A stretch of 64,000 nucleotides of DNA from Perkinsus chesapeaki ATCC PRA-425 (taxonomy: Eukaryota > Protista > Perkinsozoa): assembly GCA_013115145.1 (NCBI GenBank), contig JAAPAO010000058.1, forward strand, positions 1 to 64,000. Reading direction: 5' to 3'. The notes beneath the pieces are model-generated. The model was not told the origin of the DNA and searched no databases. It saw only the letters and a list, made by a program, of their open reading frames with translations. The position numbers were made by a program, and so were the translations under genes. Below are positions 24,779-37,648 of this stretch, piece after piece. Numbering within the stretch: the stretch's first letter is position 1; every line of letters starts with the position of its first letter.

Positions 24779-25870
24779 ATGAGTGGCGGAAGATATTATA
24801 AATCGCCCCAACAACAACCAAGCGACTCCATCTTCCCTGCTCTAAGTCGAGATGTTCTCAAAACGCTACACTCAGTTAAGGTGAGAATTAACGTCGTTTT
24901 CCCACTCTTACACTTTTCAAACCGTCTTCTATTATCATGTCTCAGGTTGACGGTATTGGCCTCAATGCCACCCAAAGTGAATTATTGGATATATTCGGTC
25001 GTTACGGTGAGGTGGCGGACATCTACATTCCCAAGGACAACAGGCCAGGCTTCGGGACAGGCTACTGTTTCGTCAGGTAGCGCTTCCTTGTGCCCGCTAT
25101 CAATGTTTGTTGAGATTGATTGAATGTAGGTATCCAGATATCCGAATGGCTGAGGCTGCATTGGAAGTCGATAATCGAGTAACACTTCCTGGTCGTCCTG
25201 GTCCAATCCACTGCTCTCTGGCGGCCAAACGTCAAATGCATAACTCTCGGGAGGAACAGGAACCAGCAGGTACATTCACTCGTTAGCAGCAGCAATTCCG
25301 ATACATGACCAAATCATGCCAGGTTCTCAGTGGGAGTACTCAAGCCGAACTCCTGAATGGCAGGTGTCCAGTGGCCATCGGTCTTTTCCGTCTCGCAATG
25401 ATGTCCGAGCCGAGCCCTACTCCCAAACACCCAGGGGCCGTTGGGAGTCCTCTTCCAACCCTATCTACACCGATACCCGGCATGTGCGACGAGAGGCTCC
25501 CTTGCCTTCTGACCTACCGGCCCCACCAGGGTTCGAACGTTACATGACTGATAATTTCCAGCAGCAGCCTAGAGATAGAGAGGACTACATCTATGAGCGT
25601 TACTCTCACTATAGACCAAGTTACCCGCTGCCCGCCTCCGCCCGGCCATTACCAGTAGCCCGCGAGGCAGTGTTTGATGACCGGGTTCCAAGACAGCCTC
25701 AACTGTACTCTAACAGGACAGAAGAGTCAAGGTTGTCTGATAGCCGTGGTGCTGTTGGTGTTGCCCCCACTACCCCTGCTAAACCTGGTTCTTATTACGC
25801 TAGGTATTCCCACTACCGTCCAGGTCCAAAGAGTTTCGAGAAGTATATGGGGGAGGGTGTGAGAGTCTAA
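24779..25870 (+). CDS. Single-RRM, SR-like RNA-binding protein
   Basis: LHSVK|VDGIGLNATQSELLDIFGRYGEVADIYIPKDNRPGFGTGYCFVR..AEAALE (SRSF2-like RRM), followed by an R/S/Y/P-rich low-complexity exon ending at 25870. Confidence 0.75.
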
Positions 25871-26251
25871 TATAATCATTTCCGTGTAAACCCCGGTCTA
25901 CCGTGTTTACCAGTATTGGGTAGCAGTAATGGATAAGTAACCAAGTGTACAATAACCATTAATTCGCACCTCGGATCCATCGAAGAAAACCAAGTAGAAA
26001 CCACGTCGGTTTGACCAACTCTCAGCCAGTCTGATTTAGTTTGCTTAAAGTCCGTAGGTTGCTTTACTCCGGTGAGATATCCAAACTGCTTATTACAGTC
26101 TTACTATTTCCGACAATAACACCTTTGGTGTTTCTGTTAAACGGTGTCACTGTAAATGATTATCCTTCCATAAGCACTTGTCATTCAACTCGAAACAGAA
26201 TATAACGAGGCAGCAGCATCATATGATGATATCAATTGCACTATGCACGGT

Positions 26252-27987
26252 TTACAAAATATAATTTATTAGCCAGCCGACTTCCTTATACTGCGGGCAC
26301 CGGCCACGACACCGCTGCTGGCTCGAGACCACTCTTTCCGTCTGGATGTGACAGGGGTGCCTGATCGTACCCCAGTTAGGTGCGAAGTCGGCACTCCTGT
26401 GCTCTGGGCCGGCGGAGGGGCCGAAGACATCTGAGGTGGGGTCGATGTCGCTGAGTAGAATGTCTGGCAAGGCTCACCATGACAGCCTTCTCACGGTCCA
26501 TGGAACCATCGTAGCTGACGAATGGCAAACTCTGTGTGTTGTGCTCCTTTCGTGATCCATCCGTATCGAGGCCGCCGGCCGCCATGGTGGCACTGTTGCC
26601 CATGAAAGTATCTCTGGTGATCATGTTGGTTGAAGAATAATCCTGTGATGAGCTGACCGCGGCCAAGGGCTACTGTCGTGGCTACTTGAGCTCTCGATTC
26701 TGTTCCCATCGGGTTCAGAGTATTACCCATCTCTGAGGGAGAACTGAGGAACCGATTGAATTGTTCCTCAGCTTCATTTTCGTCAGCCGGTGGGCCACCT
26801 AGAAGACATCTGGATCATCACAGATGGTCACTGTTTGTGCTGCCTCACCCAATAATGACATAGCTTCAAAGTTGAGGGCACATACACCACGCATGAAGAC
26901 ACGCTTTAAGTTATCCTGCATCATGCGTTTGGTCTGCATCTCCTTCTCGAGCTCCGCAGTGAGATCGTCTATCCTAGCAACTAAGGCCGCCTTCTCCTCG
27001 TCCCACATGGCAGAATCGTTCGCTCTCTGTGTGGCATTAGCAAGCTCAGTATCAGCCTGCTTGCGCGATGCAGCCCCTCGCAGTGAGCGGACTCGCCAGG
27101 CGCTGAAAACTTGGCTTGAAATCTTGACACCATGCAGAGCTCTGGACAGCTTCGACTTGGTCTTTTCGTCGGCCTACAGAGTAAAGTTATCCTCGCCGAT
27201 GGGTTGATCCGTAAGCGGCCCACCTGCAGTTGCTTATAAATCTTCCATCTGGCCATCATCCTCCGCAACAGCAGCTGCCTACGATAGCGCTTCTGTTGTT
27301 TGTGGTTCAAAAACTGGACTCCTTTCATCTGCTTATCGACCGCCGCCACACGCTCATTGGCTTTACTGAGATGAACGTGAGCCTCAGATAGAGCTTCTGC
27401 CACCGCGGGACTACTCGAGCTGCTCATTCAGAGCCTTGACAGTTTCTCTGAGGTTAGACTCGGTGGCCTGTGAATGAAGCCTAGCAGCAGCCGCCTCTGC
27501 CTCGTGCCTTCTTGTTATGCGCTGGCGTGAATCCACGAAGGCATCCATCGCAGCCGTGCGAAGTTTTGCCACAACCTGTCCAGGTCGCCGTCCAGTTGGT
27601 GCTGGTAACCATGAAGGACAGCGGTGGTCCTTACTTACCCCATCTAACGCCTTCTGAAAGTCCTGCATATCAGCTCGAGCGAGTGTGGCTTTGGTCTCGG
27701 TCCGCGGTGTCTCCTCTGGTGATGGTAGATCAGCCATGGGGCTTGGCAGAACTATCTCTTCTGGAGGCGATCTTAATGCACCGAATCTCAACTCAACCGC
27801 GCTGAGAGACTGCCCACCTTCGTTGGCCTGCCTCGTGTGTGTCCCTGTCATTAACCTCTGCAGCTAGTCGGATGGCCTCAGCCTCTATCTCGCTCTGCTC
27901 GTCGAGCAGCCTGTCCAACACTGAGCTTGCGTTCCCATCGTCTGCTACGCAGATGTGAGCTTCTTCTGTGCCCTCCGGACCGGACAT
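26252..27987 (-). CDS. POC5: Centrosomal protein POC5-like coiled-coil protein
   Basis: Conserved POC5 motif LKRVFMRGVCALNFEAMSLL (~26850-26910) after a long coiled coil. The 3' end is approximate. Confidence 0.72.
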
Positions 27988-28120
27988 CTAGCCTGACGAA
28001 ATCTAAGCTCACTTTCCCTCATGACGTTCTTAATTAACTACAACCAAGCAGCAAGCAGCAGCCGTTTTAACAGAGGAACAGTAGCAATACGTATGTGGCT
28101 GGTACAATATTAATGGTCCA

Positions 28121-29194
28121 TCACCGCGAGGAGGAGACGGGAATATCCACCACTTCCTGCTTCGCGGTCTTCACCCATTCTTCTGGCTCGTTCTGCACGG
28201 CCACGAACTCCTTAGCATAACCCTTAATCTCACAGTCGGCACTGCAAGTGTAGACGGCCACCACTCCAAAGTCAAAGTCGCAGGAGGCTTTATATACAAG
28301 CTGCGGTTGAATCTGAAATTCAAACTCCCGAGGAGCCCCGCATCTTTCACAAGGAGTCGGAGTGGCTGGTGCTTTACCCAAGGATGACATCCAGACAGGT
28401 TCGCCACCGCGGCAATAGTACACGACATGACCAGGGTTGGCCTTGGCCAGGATTTCGAACTCTCTATGGGCTTCATCGTCGGCGTCGATCTCCGGGCAGA
28501 GCTCGTCAAAGGCCGCCACCTCGGAGTCGTCCATAAGCTCGTCCTCATCCTTCTGTTCATACTCCTCGAGTAGATGCCCCTCATCACCGACCAAGTCCGT
28601 GGCCAGGACATCGCTGCCGCTCTCTGTCATCTCCTCATCACATTCCTCTATGAACAAACTGAACTCGTTAACTTTGAGTTTCCAGCGGCTCTCCAGCCTT
28701 CTGCGGCACGCCACGTGGACACCCTGTCCATCACATTCAGCAACATCTCGAGGCAGGCCACATAGCGAGCAGCTCCTTGATGACACCAGCTCGTCTGTAA
28801 CTGTTGTGTCGTCCTCGGAAGCTGGTACGGGAGGATAGTAGGCGTTGTCCCTCGGCAGCTGCGACCGGAGGGCAATGAAGGAACCCGGGCAACAAGGGCA
28901 AGCAAAGACGTATATGGTGCGATGGAAGGATGCTGGAGTCTCCCCGGGGGCGTATAGCTGAGCCAAGAAGGTCATCGGCTTGGCACAGGAATCACATGAG
29001 AGCTGGTCGGAGGGCAGCAGTTCAGGATCGAGCCATGCCGGTGCTCCGCCAATCTTGCTCGGAAAATACCGTCGTTGAAGGAGATGATCCTTCCTGGGCT
29101 TTACAATGTAGCCAACGAGTGGGGAAGGACCACCATCTTCGGAGTCGCTCGAGCCTCCTGATTGGGATTCTTGGCAAGGAGAGGAGACGTCCAT
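28121..29194 (-). CDS. PDCD2: Programmed cell death protein 2 (PDCD2/TSR4 family), single exon
   Basis: SKIGGAPAWLDP..CDSCAKPMTFLAQLYAP..FHRTIYVFAC; C-terminal PDCD2_C with CERCGAPREFEFQIQPQL..DFGVVAVYTCSADC. The likely ATG is at 29194 (MDVSSP). Confidence 0.92.
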   Translation of the reverse strand: MDVSSPCQESQSGGSSDSEDGGPSPLVGYIVKPRKDHLLQRRYFPSKIGGAPAWLDPELLPSDQLSCDSCAKPMTFLAQLYAPGETPASFHRTIYVFACPCCPGSFIALRSQLPRDNAYYPPVPASEDDTTVTDELVSSRSCSLCGLPRDVAECDGQGVHVACRRRLESRWKLKVNEFSLFIEECDEEMTESGSDVLATDLVGDEGHLLEEYEQKDEDELMDDSEVAAFDELCPEIDADDEAHREFEILAKANPGHVVYYCRGGEPVWMSSLGKAPATPTPCERCGAPREFEFQIQPQLVYKASCDFDFGVVAVYTCSADCEIKGYAKEFVAVQNEPEEWVKTAKQEVVDIPVSSSR

Positions 29195-29292
29195 GGTGGG
29201 AGAGAGAATCCTGGAGAAGAACGATGGAGCCGAAGAGGCGGCATGCCCAACAAGACGCCTATGAGTGTCAAGAAAACGACCATATGCATGTA

Positions 29293-30275
29293 CTAGTAGC
29301 GTTTGATGAAGGCAACATAAGCAAACACCAACAGCGGTATCGAAAAAATAACAGTCAAATGTAATTGATTCAATCCAAACACAGAGTCCTCCTTCACCAT
29401 CCATCGACTGCTCTTGTACCAGCCCGTGATGCAGGCGACGTATGCCAGCATCAGGGTCACTTTACCAGCGTACCTATGGGGGAGTCTAGTTTATGGCGTG
29501 GTTTGGATTGAACAATGACCTGTGGCCCATGCGAAGGTATGCCTCTGTTGTTAGAGAGGTCCTAATTTTGCAATCAGGATCGAGACCAAGGAAGCCACCA
29601 CACGCCACACCTACATAGGAGGAGAGATACGAGATATCTAGCTGAGGATATGATACTCACCAGCAAGCATCGCAGCTGCTGTAACGCCGATCCAGGAATG
29701 CCATGTTTGGAGATGGTGCTTATGGTGCATCTCCTTATTGGTATAAATAACATAGAGCCCACCAACAACCATGGAAAGGGTAATGAGGAGGAGAAAGCCA
29801 TGAGTCTTGGTGTTGAAGTAACCTGTCTAACTGTCATCAATCTTTCATAAACTGCTCGCCGGAAAAAGCATTCTCAAGCGAGGGTCGGTCTCAGAGTAGC
29901 ATTTCGTACGAAGGTCAATTGTAGATTAGAGAGTCTTGCATCAGAGTAGTCTGGCATCCCTCACCGACCTCCGATCTTTTTGATGAGCACCGCTGATGTA
30001 GCGATGGGAACTGTACCGACAAGCATTAAGAATGGATGCCAGTAGAACCAGTCAATCGGTGCTAAAAAACAGTCATAAAAGACAACAGGAGGAGTAACCG
30101 AATCACTTGGCTTTAGCATTAGCACTGCTACTGTCGTGAAGACGACCAGAGGCCCGAGCATGATCCTGACATAAATGTGGAGCCCCCGTGTAACAGTCGC
30201 TGCGGCTCACTGGAAGTATCGTTTGCGTCGTAGGGTCTCCTCAGCTTTAATCTTGGCGAGTGACTCCCCACTCAT
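29293..30275 (-). CDS. Cytochrome b561-family membrane protein, multi-exon
   Basis: DWFYWHPFLMLVG (first haem His), WHSWIGV, MGHRYAGKVTLMLAY; several TM segments; ends VFAYVAFIKRY*. The start is approximate. Confidence 0.72.
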
Positions 30276-30431
30276 CTCGGTAGTTGAAGCCGTGATGGTA
30301 CTATAGAAGGAATTCCTAAAGAAGACAATTTGAGCCAAAGCATTTCCCCATAATTTATAGACACTGACACACAAGGCACACATTGGATGTATTTGACAGT
30401 AGTACTACAATAACGTGAGAGCTAGCAAAGA

Positions 30432-31393
30432 CTATCCAGAGTCACTGCCACCTGAGGACGAGGAGGAGGAGGACCCAGCGGAGCTACCAGTCATCTTGTC
30501 CGAGAACTTGAGCATAGTGTCGATGAAAACCGTGATGGTCATGCCCTGGGGACAGTAACCACAAGTAGTGCCGAGCTTGGAGACATCATCGCAGTTGCTG
30601 TAGAGGTTGTCGAAGAAAACGCATTCCTCGTAACTGAGGCCAGTGGTCGCTCTGATCTCTCGCATATGCTTCTGCTTGTTCTGCCACCCCCAGCCCTCAC
30701 CGGCTGACACTCTTTTCAGTGACAGCCCGGGTTGGTCCTGTATAGGGTGGATGAGGTCGAGGACTTGTGTCGCCCACCGTGGCTCGGCCGTCTTCGAAGC
30801 GTATGCGATCTCCACGCCGTGCCTCACTAGCCAACTCATTATGACCGGGATGTCCTTGAAAAGCGTTAAAGAAGGCGAACCTAAAGACGGTAGTAGGAGA
30901 TACTACAAGTGGCCATAGGAAACTTTCTATTTCATTTTCCTCGAGTGACTTGATTATCAGCATATAGTAGCAGGTTACTACTGTAGAATAATAATAAACC
31001 ATTACTAATATACGTCTACCCAAATACAGTTCTGCTGTGATATGTCTTCCAATTCTTCGTAGTAGAGGTTAAATGGCTTTGTGAGGAGTGGTTACCTTTA
31101 GAGTAAACAATGCCGCCTTGATATTTAAATGGGGGACCATAACAGAATTCAACATCGCCCTCCCACACTGTGTCATCCAAATCGAACACCTACATCAGAA
31201 GCTTAGTTGCGATCGATAACATCTCTCGTGGGCTCACAGCATGTGTGGGTAAAACCGCCAACTTCTCTCGGAGATCCTCAAGTCCGGTGAGACCCTCGCT
31301 CGAATGATCCGCCTTGGGACCGATTGGCTCGTCGACCGTGGTGTCGACACCTCTGTCACGCCGTCGAGCGGCTTTAACTCTCCTCTTAACCAT
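30432..31393 (-). CDS. MDP1: Magnesium-dependent phosphatase 1 (MDP-1, HAD family)
   Basis: HAD motif I VFDLDDTVWEGDV (~31150-31190); IAYASKT; NKQKHMREI; CVFFDNLYSNCDDVSKLG. Confidence 0.85.
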
Positions 31394-31589
31394 TGATATG
31401 AATTGAACGTGCTGTTGTGGTGGAAGATCCATAACGATAAAGACATGTGGTGTGAAGGAAACTCTCATAAGAGGCAGAATGGTCGATAAAGAGAAAAAAT
31501 AATAATACAGTGTATGACCGACAACGATCGAACGGGCAAATAACCATATTACCAAAAACTGCAGACGGATCGATAGACCCCATCCGACA

Positions 31590-32522
31590 TCAAAGCTTGA
31601 GAAGCTCTCGAGGTTCGGCGCGTACTGTTGCCGCGGCTGTGCGAGTCTTGGAGGACACACCTTCCGCTACCGTATGGAAGCGTTTCGTGCGTCTCTGTAG
31701 TAACCGAGAGCCTCCCGCACCTAATGTGAGTTGGGTTCGGCCCTCGCCCTGGTCGATCAATGACGCCGTTGTTATAATTGTCGATGAGCCGCTGAGGGAG
31801 CGATTCTTCGTCCCTCTCGAGGTAAAGCCAGCACTAAGACTTCCCATGCTATCAACAACTCTCTCCGAATCTTCAAGAGCCGCGTTAACAAGAATGGTAT
31901 TGGGCAGTTCGATTGAGCCAGCTCGACGACGTGAACCTACCAGAGGTTTGAAGCTAATGCCCTAGAGAGCACTTACCATGTGGGGTTACACACTCTATCC
32001 GATCTATTTCGACCTCTAGAAGCTGGCCATCACCAGCACCATGAAAACTAGAAGGAAATGAGAGCTTGGACTCCATTAAAGCGGTGAGGTCGAATTCCTT
32101 TATTGGGGAGCTAACGCTGCGATCTGAATAGATCGAGTAGGTGACGCGAGGGCGCATGCGTGCTACACAACGATCCCACGGCGTCTTTCGCAGCTGTGTA
32201 CGTGGCCGCTATTGAACCAGCGACGTTCTCGACGGCAATGGCGGCCTTTCCACTGCTGTGGCCCGAGGAGGAGGAGCACTCGAAGTTCGCCGAATGCGAT
32301 GAGCCCGTAGAATCAAATACATGTGGTCGAGGCTTGGACATCAGTTACGGAGCATTGATTGGTGAAGGACTGGAGTGAGAAGAGGAGGCCACACGATGCT
32401 CAAGAACGCAAATCCGCAAGGCCGAGAAAGATCACTGTTGTTGCTATTGTTGAAGTTGCTCCTACCGGTGGTAAGGGAAGCCAAGTGTTATAAGAAATGA
32501 CGTTAAGAGGTCGTCGTCCATG
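31590..32522 (-). CDS. Hypothetical protein, multi-exon
   Basis: Open S/T/G-rich exons with GT-AG boundaries between the ZIP and MDP-1 genes. Possible start MDDDLLTSFLITLG at ~32522. No family recognised. Confidence 0.35.
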
Positions 32523-32603
32523 CCCCCAAGCCATAGTTTACGAGAGCTGTATCCTGTTGGGCCACTATGGGGCTCTACACACGAAATGGTGTGTAGAGCT
32601 TCA

Positions 32604-34358
32604 TTAGATCCAAAGGGCCAAGACTGCCATTGCTCCAAAGCCGACTAGAACAGCACTTAGTTTGCTGAAGCGCCCCTCAGCTGAGGCGAACACCTGCGGT
32701 ATTATCTCCATAGAACTGACCTGGTAGCATATCGCTGCATCACATTTGGCTACAGAAAGATCTTACTTGAAGAAAAGTCCCGGCTGCGAGGGCCTTGCAC
32801 ACAGCGCTGAATACAGCCGCTGTATGCTTGTTGCCTTCAGCAGAGTAACCGATATCACCAAATAGAGCACCGATAGGCGTACCTAGCCAGTACTACCCAA
32901 GTTAAACCTAGCGGGGATCTCGGCTCTCACCGGCTGCGAAAATGAGGCCAAGTGTCACGAAGCGTTTGTCCGACACGCCAGATTCGACAAAACTGCAGCC
33001 CAGAGCGAAAGCAGCCAACGCCTGAGTTAGTGGGAAGGAATGAGTAGCTTGAAGAACGAGCGGTGCTACTACCTTGTGAGCCAGGATGGCCGTTAGTACT
33101 GGAAGGATCTCCCAAGAATGTGTGGCTGATCCTATACCCAGGCCCTCCATTACAGAATGAAAACTGAGGATGCATTGATCGATCAATAGCCCTTCTCCGC
33201 TTTATTACCTCAATGCGATGAATAATGTAATAGCGCCTATCTCAGCACACGCTCCCGCTTTAACAGGGGTATGCTCCAGCTCTTTGTGGTGATGATGCGT
33301 GAGATGGTGCTCAAGAATATGTCGAATATCTTCGTCGTGATTGCCCGCCGCCTTCGGTTTGCCATCAGCTGCCGGTGGCTCTGCATGATGCACCGCATCT
33401 ACGTCGGCCAGGAAGTCTACAAAGAGCTACAGTCTATCAGGAGAAGGCACCATTACGATCAATATCCGCTTCGCTGATGCTCTGGTCATGTGTGTGACGA
33501 TGGACATGGTCATGCTCGTGTACGGGGCAGCATTCGTTATGATACCGGGGTAGGAGGGGATCCGCTAGGCCTTCCCGCTCTTGTGTGTTGCGATGCGCAA
33601 TAGCCTACCGAACATGACATACCATTTCCAACGGCGTACCCTACTTCGCAGCAGCTATCCGGATCGGTATCCTCACAGCACCCATGCGGCCCTACGAGCT
33701 CCTTCCTGACAATCCAGTGTACAGTGCCATAGAGCTGTCGACTCACCTCGGAAGGATCGGGAACTGAGCCCTGTATGTAACGCAGGCCGCGTCTGAGTGG
33801 GGAACGGCACTATTTGCCGGCAAGAGCGCCGATACTATCTCCTCAATAGAGAGTAGCAATAAAAAGGCAATTGCAGCAGATGTGCAGGCGATAAGAGAAC
33901 CTACGAAGGCCGGCTCGTTCAGTGATAATCCCGACCTAGTATTACCAAATCGCGGTGAGTCGTCGAGGTATGCCTCAACAAGATCTCCAGTTGAATCAGG
34001 CAACATATGGCAAAGACCAGCAGCAAACAGTACACCCGCAGTAAATGCTTGAGAGACCGAGAAGAGTAAAGGCTTCTTAATCTTCCCTATCTGAAGTAGT
34101 AGTAGCATCGACCTCACAACAATACACGCGGGGCTTGAGCAATCTGCATGCACTTCCAAAAGCATCTACGTACATTCCCGTACCAAAAATCTTACTAATT
34201 TTTCCAGGAAACAAGCAAAGCAATTCAAGGCTCAAGGGGTAGCCATCCACCGACTCTTCGCAATATAGTACCTCCTTAGCAGCCCAAAGCCCGAGCAATG
34301 CCACCAACATTGCTGCTATTGTAGCGAGCAACTTAGCTGTACCTAGTGTCAGCGCCAT
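32604..34358 (-). CDS. ZIP (Zrt/Irt-like) zinc/iron transporter
   Basis: QAFTAGVLFAAGLCHMLPDS (TM2); His/Cys-rich loop; ALSFHSVMEGLGIG (TM4); AILAHK..AFALG (TM5); ends FGAMAVLALWI*. Confidence 0.92.
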
Positions 34359-34537
34359 AGTACGGAAACTCAAACTGACAAGCTGTTATCAATACAGGCC
34401 AACACAACAGCCTACAATCGGAAACGGATAATACTATGAGGGCCACCGAAAGGAACATATAATGTATAAGCAGTGGCCACAAACAGTGATGGAGGTGCAC
34501 AAGGTGTCTAAGGGACCCAGTACAGTAGAGCAGCGAA

Positions 34538-36155
34538 TCAGTTCTGTCCTTTCTTCGACCTAAGATATCCCTTATGTCTGAGCTCCTTGATGACCTTGGG
34601 AATGGCATCAGTAAGGGCACCACCAAGGACAAAGCAGCCACCGACGATAACGTACCAGGTCAGCTTCTGGTGTAGGAATAACGCCTGAACAAAAATGAAA
34701 AGTCCACTTTAATATCGCATCTACAAATTTTCCTCCTCAAGTGCAGGAGCGCGCTCAATGGGCATTCAATCAAGTGTTGATCTCACAGCAAAGAATCCTA
34801 TATCGAAGTTTTAATACCGAAGTCGAAGCCCCCGTATGATCCTCCTAGTTGCTACTTACCTGGTAAATGAATGCAAAGATGAGATCAGACTGTCTGACCA
34901 AGGAGCTGGTCACTGCAGACTGACACAGCTGCATACCGTAGTTGAACGTGGACTGTCCCACTAGAGCACAGCAACCAACAGATAGTATGACAATATAGGG
35001 TACTATGCCATGGGGCCACCTCAGAGGGGCGAAGTGAGAGAGGAGCGGTATGGTGGCTACACAGGTGCCGATAATGGCAAAGGCGAATACCAGCTGTGCC
35101 CAGTGTGCCTGAAAGCTTCTAATAGACAACACTCAGAGAAGAGCAGAACGGCCATAAACGAGCTCGCAGTAAGATGTATGCGCCGAAGAGCGTCCCACTG
35201 TTACTACCCTCTGTCCGATGTTACTAACGGTGATGAATACCATAGCAGAGCAGAAGCTACCGCACAAGCACACTATGATAGCCAACCATCTAGGCAATTG
35301 GGAATCGACGTTATCCATGGCTTCATAGGTAGCAGCAGAGGCACCGAATAGCCAGGTAGGATGGGCTATGAAGAACACCTGAAACCAACGAATACATGAG
35401 GCTACGCTGAACAAGAGGAATCTATCATTAACGGATATGTCTACGAGGCGGTGACGCGACCCTAGAGGCACCACCGGTGTCTCTTTAGGTGTCACCGGTG
35501 TCACACCGGTGACGTCGGTGCGATGGTGACGCCATTAGCACATTGGACGCCATCGGCGCTTGATATTGGCCGCGGGGAGGAGCCATTCCCATTATTACAC
35601 CGCAGATAGCAAAGAGAACAGCTAGGACCTGCCTAGGGGCGATCTTCTCGTGAATCAGTATAGGGGCCAAGGTTAAGGTAAACATAGGCTGGGTGAAGAA
35701 TAGGCTTGAGGCATCGGCCAGTGGAAGCTGAGATAACGAATAGTATCTGAAACGATATATATAAAAGGGCAGAGGAGTGATGATGCAGCAGAGTAGTACA
35801 GGATCCAGTTTCCAGCAGCACCGAAGAGCCCTCGAAGCATAACCCACCAGAACAGGTGGTGAGGCGCATGGATGCTAGGCAGGACCGGGACCTTTGCCGC
35901 ACGGCAAGCCAACCAGGCAAATATGAGCTGCATTATGCAACGGACAAACATGGTCTCAGAAGAGGCAAACCAACGACTAGCGATGGAAGCCAGGAAGCTC
36001 ATCGTGGAGAAGGCGATGGCCGATATGAATACAAACGTAACGCCGAGGCCCATGTGAACTTCCCCACGGCCAGAGTTGGCCCGGGCACGAGAGACTGCGG
36101 AGCCTGACTTGGCAAGCAATGGTGACGTTGAATGGGTTGAGAAATCTGTTGTCAT
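34538..36155 (-). CDS. EamA/DMT (SLC35G-like) transporter, copy A
   Basis: Two EamA halves: LRGLFGAAGNWILYYSLSQLPLADASSLFFTQPMFTLTLAPILIHEK and GQSTFNYGMQLCQSAVTSSLVRQSDLIFAFIYQ. Confidence 0.88.
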
Positions 36156-36395
36156 AGAAACAAAGAAACACTGCCGACTTCAACTCCGACTCGAGATGCC
36201 TTTGCTACAGCTGCCACTGGAGTAGAAACCCAACACTCCGAAGAGCTCGTAACGTGGTGGAAATAACTGGCGACAAATCTAACAAAACCAGCAGTATGTA
36301 CGAAACTGTCCGAGTCCAGGTAATATGAGAATAATAATAACATAACACTTGAATGCATTTAGCGGCCCTCATTTTGAGGGTCGCCATCGCGGCAG

Positions 36396-37648
36396 CTACA
36401 CCCTTTCGCCCAGCGTATTGCCTGATCGGGTCCCTTTGGCACCCATATAACCTCGAGACTTGAGCTCAGCTAAGAGCTTGGGAACTGCATCCACTAGAGC
36501 ACCGCAAAAGACAAAGGAGCCTCCTGTTATGGAATACAATGTTAAGGGATGATCCAGAAACAGTGCCTGAAAAGGAGCCTCAAGTTTATTGCACTCCGCA
36601 GCGTTTACCTGGTAAATGAATGCGAAGACTAAATCGGTCTGCCTAACCAAGGAGCTCGTCACTGCCGACTGACACAGCTGCATTCCGTAGTTGAATGTAG
36701 ACTGGCCGAGCAAGGCGCAGCAGCCAAGCGAGAAGAGCATTATGAAAGGCCCGGGAGACGATGGCATTCTCATAGGGGACCATTGGAAATACAAGGGTAA
36801 CATTGCAACTACTGTACCGAACGCCGCGAAAGAGAACACCAGTTGAGCCCAGTGCACCTGAAGGGGCCATCTAACAGGCGCTGCACTACAGAGTGAAGCT
36901 CACCCTTTTGCCTATATGAGTGACGGTTATGAAGACAAGTGAAGCTATGAAGCTACCGCTAAGGCATACTATGATGGCCAGCCACCTTGGGATCTGGGCA
37001 TCGACGTTATGCATTACAACATTACCGGCTGCAGAGGCGCCAAAAAGCCACGCAGGTCGAGCGATAAAAAATACCTGACAAACGGAAATGCCTCAGAAAT
37101 GGGTACATCTGGCTTACCCCGCAGATGGCCATAAGGACCGCCAAGACCTGCCGAGGGGCGATCCTTTCATTGATAACCAGTGGAGCTAATATTAAAGTGA
37201 ACATGGGCTGTATAAAGAAGAGGCTCGATGAGTCGGCTAGAGGAAGCTGGCTCAGAGAGTAGTACCTTGACAAGAAAAGTCCCCCAAAGAGATTTCCCCA
37301 GATAGATTACAGTATCCAGTTGCTAAGTGCTCCAAAGACACCTCGAAGCAGGACCCAGCCTAGCAGGTTATCCGGCTCCCTTGGACTAGGCAAAGGGGGT
37401 ACTCCCGCAACAACGCACGCCATATAGGAGAATATCAGTTGCATTAGACAGCGTGTAAACATTATCTCCGAGGACGAGAACCAGCGGCTGACCACCGACG
37501 CCAGACAGCTCATTGTTGAGAAGCCAACGGCCGATATTAGGAGGAGTCCAATGCCCTTACCGAGCTGGACTTTACCCCGAGGATTCGAGGGTTCATCGAG
37601 AAGGGGAACGCTTACAGCAGGCGATCCAACTGCTGTAGTGCCTTGCAT
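36396..37648 (-). CDS. EamA/DMT (SLC35G-like) transporter, copy B
   Basis: Paralogue of copy A: LRGVFGALSNWI|YYSLSQLPLADSSSLFFIQPMFTL; GQSTFNYGMQLCQSAVTSSLVRQTDLVFAFIYQ. Confidence 0.88.

Noticed and set aside
28121-29404. 427-aa PDCD2 ORF with a long hydrophobic N-terminus
   Set aside because: The first ~70 codons overlap the last exons of the cytochrome b561 gene; the ATG at 29194 is the more plausible start.
34850-34865. TACTTACCTG, resembling the U1 snRNA 5' end
   Set aside because: It is the reverse complement of a CAG|GTAAGT splice donor in the EamA gene, and no U1 body follows.
35465-35515. Perfect 10-bp hairpin GTCACCGGTG-TCA-CACCGGTGAC and three CACCGGTG sites
   Set aside because: It lies in an EamA exon encoding repeated TPV peptides; the near-palindromic codons explain it.
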